Shown: positions 8,338 through 18,745, counted from the first letter of the stretch. The stretch: DNA of 25,662 nucleotides from Thermoplasmata archaeon (GCA_039794005.1 JBAMMA010000013.1:1-25662), one strand, 5' to 3'. A program made the numbers and translations. The notes: generated by a model not told the origin, from the sequence alone.

Positions 8338-9414
8338 ATGAAAATTATAGTAAACTATTACGGATTAAAATTGTTTTTAATTTCGGCAATAATTTTTACA
8401 TATTTATTAATTTTTAAATTAAATTTATTAAATCTTTTAAATTTAAAATATTTCTTCCTTTTTACAATAATTATTTCATTGATCTCATTTCTTTTTCTGG
8501 AAGACTTGGATTTTTCTGGATATTTTTTATCATTTTTCTGGTCCATGTTTACAGTATATTTTATTAACAATACATTTAAACTGAATTTTTCTTTTGTTAA
8601 TCTTAATATTTTTTATTTTAATGTATCTATTTTATTGGATATTTTAATGATTATATTTTTTTCATTCATATTTTCTTCAATTTTTTTCATTTTTAGATTT
8701 TTATTTGGAAGATTTTTCTTTAAGAATAAGATTAATTCCTCAATATACTCTAAAAATAGAAAGAATTTTTCATACCAGAATATTTATGGTAGCTTTTTCA
8801 TTGTGTCCTTGTTATTATTGGATACATATTATTTAAAGAATAACAACTATATAATTTTAAATCCATATATTTTTATATTTTTCTTTTTATTTTCTTATAT
8901 ACTATCATTTTTTAGTATAAAAATTAACGAATATTCTGCCATCAACTTATCTTTGCTACCCCTGATAATATTTTCAGTACTGCCATATTTATTAATAAAA
9001 ATTTATAATTTTTATGTCTTTTTAATTCTAATAACCTTATTATTCCTGATTTCATACATATTTTTTTATTTTGAATTAAAAATTGAAATAGATCCAATTT
9101 CAAAAATGCCTACGGGAAATGTTATTGATTCTTATCCCAGGATTTTAACCATTTTTATAATTTCTTTTTCTTGGTTATTATTATCTTATTTATTAAAATA
9201 TATAATTTCAATATACTCCTTTCTTTTCATTCAGTTTCCATTGTTATTGGGGTCATTAATAAATGATTATAGAAAGGGTAAAATTGCCATGATATATAAA
9301 AATGAAGAGGATGAAATAGGTATAGTTGGAGGTGTTGGACTTTCAGATGGATTATGGATAAATATATATTTAATATTAATAGTATACATGATATATTTTA
9401 TAATTTTTAAATAA
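8338..9414 (+). CDS. Polytopic membrane protein; C-terminus resembles DUF1614
   Basis: 358 open codons in very AT-rich DNA with many hydrophobic segments. C-terminal IVGGVGLSDGLWI resembles the DUF1614 motif SIGGAGTFDGIF. Confidence 0.6.
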   Translation: MKIIVNYYGLKLFLISAIIFTYLLIFKLNLLNLLNLKYFFLFTIIISLISFLFLEDLDFSGYFLSFFWSMFTVYFINNTFKLNFSFVNLNIFYFNVSILLDILMIIFFSFIFSSIFFIFRFLFGRFFFKNKINSSIYSKNRKNFSYQNIYGSFFIVSLLLLDTYYLKNNNYIILNPYIFIFFFLFSYILSFFSIKINEYSAINLSLLPLIIFSVLPYLLIKIYNFYVFLILITLLFLISYIFFYFELKIEIDPISKMPTGNVIDSYPRILTIFIISFSWLLLSYLLKYIISIYSFLFIQFPLLLGSLINDYRKGKIAMIYKNEEDEIGIVGGVGLSDGLWINIYLILIVYMIYFIIFK

Positions 9415-9466
9415 TTTTATAATCAGAAAGAAAAGTTTATTATATATTCTAAAATATCATGATTTA

Positions 9467-9853
9467 GTGAAAGAGGATTCTGATATTATAAGGAGGGACA
9501 CACTATACAGATTACTTAGATCCATATTATCCCCAGAAGAAATGGATGATAAAGATATCAGGGAATTGACTGAATACATACTGAAAATCTTCGGGTTTGA
9601 TGATTTTGTGGTAGATAACATGCTAACACCTGTAGACAGAGATATCTTTTATTATTTAGAATCAAAGGGAATTTTCAAGATGGAGGAGGAGGAAGTTACA
9701 TTATACAAGGGAAAACCTTGGAGAATTCATTATTGGGTTTTTAAAAAGGATTTGTTTAAAAAAAATAATTTTGAGAAAGAGAAGAAGAACGATGAGGACC
9801 TAAAGAAAATGTATGATAAGATATTTCGCGATATGGAAAAAAATGAATCTTGA
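9467..9853 (+). CDS. DUF6015-like protein (Thermoplasmata-type conserved hypothetical)
   Basis: 128 aa with GTG start. Pattern FGF-x4-DN-x-L-x-P-x-DRD-x-FY-x-LE ... WRIHYW recognised from this family. Confidence 0.7.
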   Translation: MKEDSDIIRRDTLYRLLRSILSPEEMDDKDIRELTEYILKIFGFDDFVVDNMLTPVDRDIFYYLESKGIFKMEEEEVTLYKGKPWRIHYWVFKKDLFKKNNFEKEKKNDEDLKKMYDKIFRDMEKNES

Positions 9854-9897
9854 ATTCAGCAAAAATTAAATATGTAATTTTGAATAGATTTCTAGGT

Positions 9898-10752
9898 ATG
9901 AACTCGATTAACGTTAACGAACTTGTTTCTAAAATATTAATACCAACAAATAAGAATCCGCTCGTAAATAAGGCAGTAGATTATATAACACAGTTATTTC
10001 CCAATGCTGAATATTATATTATTGGCGTAGTAGATCTTTCAGCTGAATCAACCTTGTTATATTCATCATATTCAGCAGAATATTTAGACGTTTTAGAAAA
10101 ACTTGAAGAAGAGGCTGTAAACGAACTCGAAGATCTATTAAAAAAGAAGAGCGCAAATATAAAGGAAAAATTGATTAAAAGAGGATCCCCTGTTAAGGTA
10201 ATACTTGAATATTCAAAATTAAAAAATATAAATTTAATATTATTATTAACATCTACAAAAATTGGTGCCGAGCAGGTTACCCTCGGTAGAACTGCCAAGA
10301 AGGTTATAATTAAAAGTAAAATACCTACTCTTTTAATAACGCCACAGTCAAACAATAGGATACCAATCAAGACTATAATTAATCCCTCAAGCGGAAGTAA
10401 ATATTCATTCAGAGCAAGTATATTATCCATAAATTTTGCAAAGATGTTTAATGCATCTGTTAAAACAATCCTATTTTCCAAAAATGTGAATGAAAAGGTG
10501 ATAAACAGTTTGAAAGATTATGCTAAATCAATAAACGTCAATTACGAAATAGAAAATGTTCACCTGGAAAAAGAAAAGCTCGTTGAAAGATTATTAAAAG
10601 AAACCGAAATAAATGATATAATGATAGCATCAAGGGGAAGAAAGAGCATATCATATAAATTCAGGTATTTTTCACCTGAACTGGCCCTCGGATCATTGGA
10701 AAGAGAGATAATATCAATGTCAAAATGTCCTATTATATTAATAAATGAATGA
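9898..10752 (+). CDS. Universal stress protein (tandem USP domains)
   Basis: KILIPT, GSPVKVIL, LGRTAKKVI...PTLLI, second domain IMIASRGR...LGS...CPIILI. ATG 9898 after AGGT is preferred over TTG 9850. Confidence 0.85.
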   Translation: MNSINVNELVSKILIPTNKNPLVNKAVDYITQLFPNAEYYIIGVVDLSAESTLLYSSYSAEYLDVLEKLEEEAVNELEDLLKKKSANIKEKLIKRGSPVKVILEYSKLKNINLILLLTSTKIGAEQVTLGRTAKKVIIKSKIPTLLITPQSNNRIPIKTIINPSSGSKYSFRASILSINFAKMFNASVKTILFSKNVNEKVINSLKDYAKSINVNYEIENVHLEKEKLVERLLKETEINDIMIASRGRKSISYKFRYFSPELALGSLEREIISMSKCPIILINE

Positions 10753-10792
10753 AAGTTTTTATAATTTATTTTATTTCTAATAATGAAAATAA

Positions 10793-11857
10793 ATGAAAAT
10801 TGCATATGCAGTATGTTCACTTGGCCTGGGTCATGCATCTAGATCTGTTCCAATAATTAAAAAATTGATTGAAGAAGGTCATGAGATCACAATATTAGCA
10901 CATGGTAGAGCGAAAATATTTTTAGAGAAGATATTTGATAACTTTGATAACATAGATATTATAGATTTACCGGACTATCCTATTGAATATTCAAAAAGCA
11001 GAGCATTTTTTTTCCCAAAAATTGTACTCAGCATACCATCAATAATTACTTCATTTGCGGATGAACATCAGATATTTTTTCATATCCATCAGAAAAAGAA
11101 TTTTAATTTGATTATATCAGACAACAGGTATGGCATTTACAATAGAAATGTTCCATCATTTATAATAACACATCAATTAAGAATAATGAATCCTTACAGG
11201 ATAAGGATATTGGAATCTGCAACAATGATTTACAATTCATTTATTTCAAGATATTTTAAAAAATTAATTGTTCCGGACTTTGAATACGATTCTTTGAGTG
11301 GTGATTTATCACACAATTTGAAATACATAGATATTTCAAAGATATCATATATTGGTCCATTATCATCTTATAAAAAGAAAGAATTTAATAAAGATCTAGA
11401 TATTTTAATATCCATTTCAGGTCCAGAACCACAAAGAACAATATTTGAAAGATTAATTTTAAAAAATTTAGAAAAAATAAAGAATAAAAAATATAAAATA
11501 ATACTGGGAAGGCCGGATTTAAAAAATGTTAATGAAAATATTTTGAATTTTGCCTCTTCAGATGAAATGGAAATACTTTTTAACAGAGCTAAAATAATAG
11601 TTTCTAGATCTGGATATTCTACAATAATGGATTTATACCATACGGGAGGAAAACCATTCTTTGTACCTACACCTGCCCAGCCGGAACAGGAATATCTGGC
11701 ACTTTACCTGAATAAAAAGGGAATTTCAGGTTATAAGAATCAGGAAGATTTTGATTTTGATGACCTTTTAAATTACAATTACAGAGGATTTGAAGGGGGA
11801 TATGATACTTCAATATCCGTGAAAAAATTCATCGAAGAGGTGATAACGGATGGATAA
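10793..11857 (+). CDS. GT-B glycosyltransferase (MJ1255/GT28-like)
   Basis: 354 aa. N-terminal GLGHASR, IISD, THQ; C-terminal SRSGYSTIMD and PTPAQPEQ. Confidence 0.85.
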   Translation: MKIAYAVCSLGLGHASRSVPIIKKLIEEGHEITILAHGRAKIFLEKIFDNFDNIDIIDLPDYPIEYSKSRAFFFPKIVLSIPSIITSFADEHQIFFHIHQKKNFNLIISDNRYGIYNRNVPSFIITHQLRIMNPYRIRILESATMIYNSFISRYFKKLIVPDFEYDSLSGDLSHNLKYIDISKISYIGPLSSYKKKEFNKDLDILISISGPEPQRTIFERLILKNLEKIKNKKYKIILGRPDLKNVNENILNFASSDEMEILFNRAKIIVSRSGYSTIMDLYHTGGKPFFVPTPAQPEQEYLALYLNKKGISGYKNQEDFDFDDLLNYNYRGFEGGYDTSISVKKFIEEVITDG

Positions 11858-12881
11858 ATCACTGAACCTTAAATTTCTCATCATATCGGTGGTTGCAAGT
11901 TTAGTAATAATATCCGTAATATTTTCCCATAACTTTAACAAACAAACTGTATATGCATTTTTTCACTTGGATTATTTTTGGCTTTTGATTGCGATTTTAG
12001 TCCACATATTATACTGGATACTATGGACTCTAAGGATTAAAGTTTTATCTAAAGCTTTAAGTTATAAGATAACATTGAAACAATCTTTTAACGTTGTTTT
12101 AACAAATGTATTGGCTGCTTCCATAACTCCTTCGAATACAGGAGGGGAACCGGTGAGAATTAAGGTGTTAAATGATTATGGTGTAAAACCGGGGGACGCG
12201 ACAGCTATAGTTTTAATGGAAAGATTGACCGATGGCATATTTCTGTCCTCATTGTTTCCTATTTTAATCATGTATTTTGGTTTTTCAATTGGCGGTCTTG
12301 TCGGTTACATGTTATTCATAACGTTTGCGCTGATGTTTTCAGGCATAATGTTATTCATACTTTTATTTTATAAAAAAAGGGATCTATCAAAATTCACGAA
12401 TTTATTATATAAATTAATCAAGATTTTTATAAAGGACAATAATAAAAGAGAGAGATATATCAAAAAAATTGAAAAGGAGATTGACAATTTTCAAAACTCC
12501 CTGGAAAAATATTTTAAAAAGAAAAAAATCTACATTTTCATCACATTAACCATATCTGGGCTTATGTGGATATCAGACTTTTTTGTTTTTAGCCTTGTTT
12601 TATTATCCTTGCACACAAACCCGATTTGGATATATTCAATATTTGCCCAGATTATATTAGTTTTTATAACGCTATTACCGATATCTCCTGGAGGAAGCGG
12701 AGTTGTTGAATTTTCAGCAGCTTTACTTTATTCACCATATGTGCCATCAGGAATATTGCCTATGGCAATATTAAGTTGGAGATTTGTGATATTTTATTTA
12801 AATATAATTGTTGGGTCAGTCATAACATTCTCATATATAGCAAAAGGTGGTAAGAAAAATGAAAATAAAAATATGCCCTGA
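11850..12881 (+). CDS. Lysylphosphatidylglycerol synthase TM / UPF0104 flippase-like membrane protein
   Basis: 343 aa multi-TM. Motifs ITPSNTGGEPVR, ERLTD, PISPGGSGVVE, WR. Overlaps the upstream GT by 8 bp. Confidence 0.88.
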   Translation: MDKSLNLKFLIISVVASLVIISVIFSHNFNKQTVYAFFHLDYFWLLIAILVHILYWILWTLRIKVLSKALSYKITLKQSFNVVLTNVLAASITPSNTGGEPVRIKVLNDYGVKPGDATAIVLMERLTDGIFLSSLFPILIMYFGFSIGGLVGYMLFITFALMFSGIMLFILLFYKKRDLSKFTNLLYKLIKIFIKDNNKRERYIKKIEKEIDNFQNSLEKYFKKKKIYIFITLTISGLMWISDFFVFSLVLLSLHTNPIWIYSIFAQIILVFITLLPISPGGSGVVEFSAALLYSPYVPSGILPMAILSWRFVIFYLNIIVGSVITFSYIAKGGKKNENKNMP

Positions 12882-13041
12882 ATGCGGAAGTACAAGGATA
12901 TATTATCTAAACGGGATGATAACTGGAGAAATTTACAGGTGTGAAGATTGTGGCTATATAGGATCCCTAATACTGGAAATAGATGAAAGGGATTATGAAA
13001 AATTTTTAAAAGAGATCAGGAATAATAACCAGCATTCATAG
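12859..13041 (+). CDS. Small CxxC...CxxC zinc-ribbon protein (CPxCG type)
   Basis: CPECGS...YRCEDCGYIG. ATG 12859 after AGGTGG, overlapping the end of the upstream gene. Confidence 0.75.
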   Translation: MKIKICPECGSTRIYYLNGMITGEIYRCEDCGYIGSLILEIDERDYEKFLKEIRNNNQHS

Positions 13042-13534
13042 CCTTAATATCCTCTTCCAAGAACTTTTTAGATACATTGTATTTCAATGCTTCCAGTAAT
13101 GATTCTAAAGGCAAATGCTTGGTAATAGCAGCATATTTTCCCAGCAATACCATGTTCGCAATTTTTGGTGAAGATATTTTAGCTGCGATTTCAGATGCAT
13201 TTATATTATAAACGTTTTTCAGATCTTCAGGCACTTTTGTAACCAATGTTGAATCAATAATAACATATTCGGCCCTTTTAACCATTTCAATGTACTTGTC
13301 AAATGTTTTTTGATACATGATTATTAAAACATTGGGCTCATTTGCGTTTAAATCATAAATTTCATTGTCGTCAACAATAATGTCTGCACTTGTTATTCCA
13401 GATCTTACAGCTGCAGTATATGATCTTGTCATAACAACATTTTTATTTAAGACATTGGAAAATGCCGTGGATAAAATAACACCTGACAGAACAACACCCT
13501 GCCCGGCCCAACCACCAATCTTTATCTGTATCAT
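13016..13534 (-). CDS. korC: 2-oxoacid:ferredoxin oxidoreductase gamma subunit
   Basis: GWAGQGVV, SYTAAVRSG, ANMVLLG; last gene of the operon. Confidence 0.88.
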   Translation of the reverse strand: MIQIKIGGWAGQGVVLSGVILSTAFSNVLNKNVVMTRSYTAAVRSGITSADIIVDDNEIYDLNANEPNVLIIMYQKTFDKYIEMVKRAEYVIIDSTLVTKVPEDLKNVYNINASEIAAKISSPKIANMVLLGKYAAITKHLPLESLLEALKYNVSKKFLEEDIKAMNAGYYS

Positions 13535-14325
13535 TCTTTCACCCTTTGAATTAATTTTTCAAGTTCATCTGTTAATTCGGGTTTTTCAATGTCAACAAAT
13601 TCGCCTATCTTGAATGGTCCTTCAGCATTTTCCTTAAAATTGTCCCTGAAATAGTGTAACATCTCTATGTGATCCATGTTTAATATTCTGCCACCGTATG
13701 TTGGACATTGGGATATTACTTCAATGAATGAAAAACCTTTCTTGTTTATGGCCTTTTTTATTGATTCTATTAATTTGTTTAAATGCCATGTTGTCCATCT
13801 TGCAACATAGGATGCCCCAGCAGCTGCAACAACTTCAGAAACGTTCAAACTGATTGATGGATTCCCGTATGGGGTTGTTGCTGTCTTAGCATCATGCGGG
13901 GTTGTCGGAGCAACCTGACCGCCGGTCATTGCATATACGGCATTGTTTACCATTATTACGGTCAACCCTATGTTTGTTCTTGCTGCGTGTAATAAATGGT
14001 TACCTCCAATTCCCACCGCATCTCCATCGCCAGTAACAACTATGACCTTTAATTTAGGATTTGCTACCTTTACACCTGTTGCAAATGCAATTGGTCTTCC
14101 ATGCGTTGTGTGCAGGGAATCTATTCTTAGATATGGAGATGGTATCCAGGCTGAACATCCAATACCGCTCACGGTTACTATTTCCTCCCTGGGAATTTTT
14201 AACTGTTCTATGGCCCTTATTAATGCACCCAGGATTTGACCGTCACCGCATCCTGGGCAAAATGCAGTTGGTAACCTTCTTAGATATTTATCCCTAATGA
14301 ATTCTGTTGTTATTATCCCTGGCAT
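13531..14325 (-). CDS. korB: 2-oxoacid:ferredoxin oxidoreductase beta subunit (TPP-binding)
   Basis: FCPGCG, SGIGCS, HGR, GDGD...NN TPP motif, MTGGQVAPTT, SQCPT. Confidence 0.93.
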   Translation of the reverse strand: MPGIITTEFIRDKYLRRLPTAFCPGCGDGQILGALIRAIEQLKIPREEIVTVSGIGCSAWIPSPYLRIDSLHTTHGRPIAFATGVKVANPKLKVIVVTGDGDAVGIGGNHLLHAARTNIGLTVIMVNNAVYAMTGGQVAPTTPHDAKTATTPYGNPSISLNVSEVVAAAGASYVARWTTWHLNKLIESIKKAINKKGFSFIEVISQCPTYGGRILNMDHIEMLHYFRDNFKENAEGPFKIGEFVDIEKPELTDELEKLIQRVKE

Positions 14326-15443
14326 TAGAGATTCACCTCTATCGCGGAAATTACCTCCTTTGAGGAATGAACCCTTCCATTTACCTTTGGTATGTGAACA
14401 ACACGCTTTTGAAATATTTTTTCAATCTCCATCTTATAACCTCTTAGACTCATTTCAACGAGGAATACCTTCTTAATATTTTCTGATATCTCATATAACC
14501 TCTTTTCAGGAGCGGGCCATAACACCTTAGGCCTGAAGAATCCAATTTTTATCCCCTTTTCTCTCAATTTCATATATGCACCTTTTGCAGGTCTTGAAGA
14601 TGCTCCATAAGATATTATCAAATATTCAGCATCATCAACATTATATTCTTCCCATTCTTCAATATCATATCTATTTTTCTCAATCTTATTTACCAATCTT
14701 CTTACCAATTGATCTTGAACCTCCGGCTCACCGGTATCCCTTGTTCCATCCGGCTTATGCGTTGAACCGGTTACTATCAATTCAAGTCCATCCCCAAACC
14801 TTCCCATTGGAGGTACCAAATCCTCTCCCCACCTTGTTGTTTCCTCAAAACTCATTGCTCTTTTTCTATTAACTATTTCTACTTTTTCGGGAACTACGAG
14901 CCTTTCCATCATATGGCCCACCTCAGCATCCGAAAGCAAAATGACAGGTACCCTGTATTTTTCCGCCAAATTGAAAGACTTTATTGTAAAATCAAACATT
15001 TCCTGCACAGAATTTGGAGAGAGAACAATATTCTCATAATCACCATGGGAACCAAACCTGGATTGCATGACATCACCCTGTGCAGGCCTTGTCGCCTGTC
15101 CTATTGCAGGACCTGCCCTCTGAACATCTATAATAACTATTGGTGTTTCTGTCATTGCCGCATATCCTATATTTTCCTGCATAAGTGAAAATCCAGGTCC
15201 TGATGTTGCTGTCATGGACTTAATTCCTGCCCATGATGCTCCAATAATTGCAGAAATGGATGCAATTTCATCTTCCATCTGTAAAAATTTCCCGCCATAT
15301 TTGGGAAGAAGTTCTGACATTGTCTGTGTTATTTCACTTGCAGGTGTTATTGGATAACCTGCAAAAAATCGACATCCGGCAACTATTGCACCATAAGCGG
15401 CAGCAACGTCACCTTCAACAAAATATTTTCCGGGTTTAATCAT
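14325..15443 (-). CDS. korA: 2-oxoacid:ferredoxin oxidoreductase alpha subunit
   Basis: FFAGYPITPASE, QMEDEIAS, TATSGPGFSLMQE, QRAGP. The exact 2-oxoacid substrate is not determinable from sequence. Confidence 0.93.
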   Translation of the reverse strand: MIKPGKYFVEGDVAAAYGAIVAGCRFFAGYPITPASEITQTMSELLPKYGGKFLQMEDEIASISAIIGASWAGIKSMTATSGPGFSLMQENIGYAAMTETPIVIIDVQRAGPAIGQATRPAQGDVMQSRFGSHGDYENIVLSPNSVQEMFDFTIKSFNLAEKYRVPVILLSDAEVGHMMERLVVPEKVEIVNRKRAMSFEETTRWGEDLVPPMGRFGDGLELIVTGSTHKPDGTRDTGEPEVQDQLVRRLVNKIEKNRYDIEEWEEYNVDDAEYLIISYGASSRPAKGAYMKLREKGIKIGFFRPKVLWPAPEKRLYEISENIKKVFLVEMSLRGYKMEIEKIFQKRVVHIPKVNGRVHSSKEVISAIEVNL

Positions 15444-15655
15444 GCGTGCACCTCCACTGCAAAATCTGGACAGTACAATTCACAAAGCCTACACACTATG
15501 CAATTATCAAGATTTTTTATCATTGGATAATATAAACCATATTCATTTACTTCATCAGATTTGCCCAACACATCCTTTGGGCAAACGTCAATGCATATAC
15601 CACATCCTTTACAGAGATCTTTATTTATAACAATATCTTTAACTGTGAATGGCAT
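15440..15655 (-). CDS. korD: 2[4Fe-4S] ferredoxin-like delta subunit
   Basis: CKGCGICIDVCP and CIVCRLCELYCPD; 4-bp overlap with alpha. Confidence 0.9.
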   Translation of the reverse strand: MPFTVKDIVINKDLCKGCGICIDVCPKDVLGKSDEVNEYGLYYPMIKNLDNCIVCRLCELYCPDFAVEVHA

Positions 15656-15737
15656 GTATGATGAAAAGATAGTAATTATAAAAATGTTTCATAATATCAA
15701 TGAAATATTTATATAAATTAAATATTTATATTTTATA
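15656..15737. promoter_or_regulatory. Divergent archaeal promoter region (kor operon / ABC operon), probably leaderless transcripts
   Basis: TATA-like TTTATATAAA at 15708-15717 lies about 25 bp before ATG 15738. A minus-strand TTTTATAA near 15676-15684 lies about 25 bp before korD. No obvious RBS for either gene. The AT-rich background weakens this. Confidence 0.4.
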
Positions 15738-16685
15738 ATGCAATTAAATGTAGAATATCCAGTTAGAACAGAAAATTTATCGAAGATGTACGTTAAAGAT
15801 AAATATGCCTTAAATAATATAAATATAAAAGTAAAAAAGGGAAAAATTACAGGATTCTTGGGTCCCAACGGTGCTGGTAAAACAACAACAATAAAATTAT
15901 TGCTGGGTCTTCTTAAACCGACAAGTGGCAGTTCATACATATTTGAAGAATTGGTTAAGACCGAAAAGGCATGGATTAAAAATTACGTGGGATATTTGCC
16001 AGAATTTCCAAAATTTCCAGGATATTTAACTCCAAAGGAACTATTAAATATATACGGCAATCTATTAGGGATGGATAAAAGGGAATTATATTCAAGAATA
16101 GATGAATTGTTAAATATGGTTGAACTTGAAGATGTTAAAAATAAAAAGATGAAAACGTTCAGCAAGGGTATGCTTCAGAGGATAGGAATTGCATCAGCCC
16201 TTTTAAACTCTCCTCCTTTATATATATTGGATGAACCGACAAGCGGACTTGACATATATGGCCAACAATTGATAAAAAATATCATAAAGGATTTAAATGC
16301 CAGGGGAGATACAATTTTCATGTCTTCACATTTATTAAAGGAAGTACAGGAGATTTGCTCAGATGTAATAATTCTGAATAAAGGAAAAGTAATTTGGAGC
16401 GGTTCCATTGAGGAATTGACACATTCAGATTTAAATATTAATGTAAGCATCAGTGTGAATAATATGGATGATGCAATTAAATTACTCAAAAAACAGGAAT
16501 TTATAAAGAATGTTGAAAAAAATGGAAACTATATAAATTTATATGTAGAGAATAAAGAATTGGTTCCCGATATTGCCAATATTTTGGTAAAAAATGATTT
16601 TAAAATATATGAGATAAAGATTGAGTCATTGAACATTGAAGACGCTGTTTTAAATATTTTAAGGGATGATAACAATGAAAATTAA
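15738..16685 (+). CDS. ABC transporter ATP-binding protein (ABC-2/BcrA-like)
   Basis: GPNGAGKTT, signature FSKGMLQR, YILDEPTSGLD, SSH switch. Confidence 0.93.
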   Translation: MQLNVEYPVRTENLSKMYVKDKYALNNINIKVKKGKITGFLGPNGAGKTTTIKLLLGLLKPTSGSSYIFEELVKTEKAWIKNYVGYLPEFPKFPGYLTPKELLNIYGNLLGMDKRELYSRIDELLNMVELEDVKNKKMKTFSKGMLQRIGIASALLNSPPLYILDEPTSGLDIYGQQLIKNIIKDLNARGDTIFMSSHLLKEVQEICSDVIILNKGKVIWSGSIEELTHSDLNINVSISVNNMDDAIKLLKKQEFIKNVEKNGNYINLYVENKELVPDIANILVKNDFKIYEIKIESLNIEDAVLNILRDDNNEN

Positions 16686-17502
16686 TTATTTATTTATTAA
16701 AAAATTGAAGGCCATATTATTGTATGATTTTTATAAGAATTTAAGATCATTGAGGATTTTAATTTCATTTATTTTGGTTTTTGCTATTGGGTTAATTTTG
16801 GTCTATCTATATGGAGACTTATTCAGAAAAAATTCATATGTATTGGAATTGAGCGTTTTATATCTGGGGAATACAGATATAATACCTCTACTTCTTGGAT
16901 CATTATTAACAATGGATGCGATATCCATTGAATTTGAAAAAGGTACTTTTATTACGCTATTATCAAAACCCATAACCAAGAGATTCTACTACTTTGGAAA
17001 ATTATTCTCTTCAATTTTATACCTATTAGTGGAAATATTGATATTTATTTTGACCGTATTCTTGATTTCAACAACCATGTTCGGAAATCAATCTGATGTT
17101 GAAATATCCATGATAATGCTTCTGGGATCAATATTTGTAATTTCCTTTTTTGCAATATTTACATTTTCGATGAGCTCAATGATAAAAAATTCAATTGCAA
17201 GCTTTTTCATTACATTTGGATTATGGTTAGCGTTGGATATAGGAATTGGTTTATATTCATATTTTAAGGGTTTTTCAACATGGATGTTTCTTGTTCCCTT
17301 GTTCGGTGAATCGGTAATACCCGATGCTATTAAACAGGCATATCTGTATCCAAATTCCATTTTTAAATATTACACATATAATTCTGGAATGACAAATATA
17401 CAGTTTTTGACTCTGATTATCGGTGTAAACATGATATACATTATCTTATTATTACTGGCGGGATATTTTGTATTTTTAAGATCGGATATAAAAGAGCAAT
17501 AA
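16666..17502 (+). CDS. ABC-2 type transporter permease
   Basis: About 6 TM segments. ISIEFEKGTFITLLSKPITK...YFGK motif. Coupled to the ATPase gene; the start may be ATG 16675. Confidence 0.88.
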   Translation: MITMKINYLFIKKLKAILLYDFYKNLRSLRILISFILVFAIGLILVYLYGDLFRKNSYVLELSVLYLGNTDIIPLLLGSLLTMDAISIEFEKGTFITLLSKPITKRFYYFGKLFSSILYLLVEILIFILTVFLISTTMFGNQSDVEISMIMLLGSIFVISFFAIFTFSMSSMIKNSIASFFITFGLWLALDIGIGLYSYFKGFSTWMFLVPLFGESVIPDAIKQAYLYPNSIFKYYTYNSGMTNIQFLTLIIGVNMIYIILLLLAGYFVFLRSDIKEQ

Positions 17503-17517
17503 AATATTTAAAAAAAT

Positions 17518-18741
17518 TTAAAAATCTAATGTATATTCTATATTTTCCTGTTTCATAAATTCCTCGATGGCCATTAAATTTTCTTGACCGACCACCTGTA
17601 TTGTCAATGTTATATATACAGACCCGGCATTGACTTTCTGTGATATTCTGTCTGTTTCTATATCAATTACATTTATCTGCTTTTGTGATAGGAATTCTAA
17701 AATTCTCTTCAATTGTCCGGGTTTATCCAGTATTTTCACCTTTATCTTGAACAATAGCTTTTCCGTCATAAGTCCCTTAAATATGATCTGTGATAGGAGA
17801 GTGTAATCCACATTTCCTCCGGATATTATAGAAACAACCTTTTTACCTTTTAAATTAACCTTTCCGGATAAAAGTGCGGCGAGCGACGCAGCGCCCGCCG
17901 GTTCAGCCACCATCTTGTTCCTTGTTAATAGCATGTACATCGCATATGCAATCTCATCATCGGTTACTGTCACCACATCATCAACATATATCCTTGTCAT
18001 TTCAAATGTAAGTGGTCCTGGAATTTTTACCGCAATGCCATCTGCAATGGTATCGGCAGTTTTAAGAGGTACAATCTCCCCTTTTTCCAGGGATTGTTTC
18101 ATTGATGGTGCTCCTTCGGCTTCAACGCCGATTATTTTTATTTTACTGTTGAGGGACTTTAGGGCAAATGAAATACCGGATATAAGACCTCCACCACCTA
18201 TTGGAACTATTACTGCTTCAACATCCTTTAATGATTCAAATATTTCCAATCCTATCGTTGCTTGACCGGCTATGATATAAGGATCGTTAAATGCATGTAT
18301 GTAAGACATCTTATGTTTTTCAGCATACTCTACTGCCTTTTTATATGCATCATCATATGAGTCTCCATATAGCTGTACCTCTGCACCATAATATTTTGTC
18401 GCAATAACCTTTATCGGCTGCGTAAATATTGGCATAAATATTACGGCCCTTGTATTCAATGTTTTAGCGGCATATGCTACGCCCTGAGAATGATTTCCAG
18501 CGCTTGCAGCAACAACTCCATTTTTCCTTTCCTCCGGAGAGAGATGGTATATTTTATTGTAAGCACCCCTGATCTTAAATGATCCGGTGGTCTGTAAATT
18601 TTCCAATTTCAGGTATACATCTGAACCTGTGATTTCAGAAAATATCCTTGAATGTTCAAGAGGAGTATTTTTAACAACATTTCTCAGAATTTTTTCCGCT
18701 TCCATTACATCGGTCATACTTATCATATATTGTTCTGTCAT
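17518..18741 (-). CDS. ilvA: Threonine ammonia-lyase (dehydratase) with C-terminal ACT domain
   Basis: KLENLQTTGSFKIRGA (PLP lysine), SAGNH, PIGGGGL, EPAGA, SGGN; ACT-like DKPGQL. Confidence 0.92.
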   Translation of the reverse strand: MTEQYMISMTDVMEAEKILRNVVKNTPLEHSRIFSEITGSDVYLKLENLQTTGSFKIRGAYNKIYHLSPEERKNGVVAASAGNHSQGVAYAAKTLNTRAVIFMPIFTQPIKVIATKYYGAEVQLYGDSYDDAYKKAVEYAEKHKMSYIHAFNDPYIIAGQATIGLEIFESLKDVEAVIVPIGGGGLISGISFALKSLNSKIKIIGVEAEGAPSMKQSLEKGEIVPLKTADTIADGIAVKIPGPLTFEMTRIYVDDVVTVTDDEIAYAMYMLLTRNKMVAEPAGAASLAALLSGKVNLKGKKVVSIISGGNVDYTLLSQIIFKGLMTEKLLFKIKVKILDKPGQLKRILEFLSQKQINVIDIETDRISQKVNAGSVYITLTIQVVGQENLMAIEEFMKQENIEYTLDF

Positions 18742-18745
18742 TATA

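Noticed and set aside
13365-15630. Multiple + strand ORFs over the kor operon
   Set aside because: Antisense shadows of well-conserved minus-strand genes.
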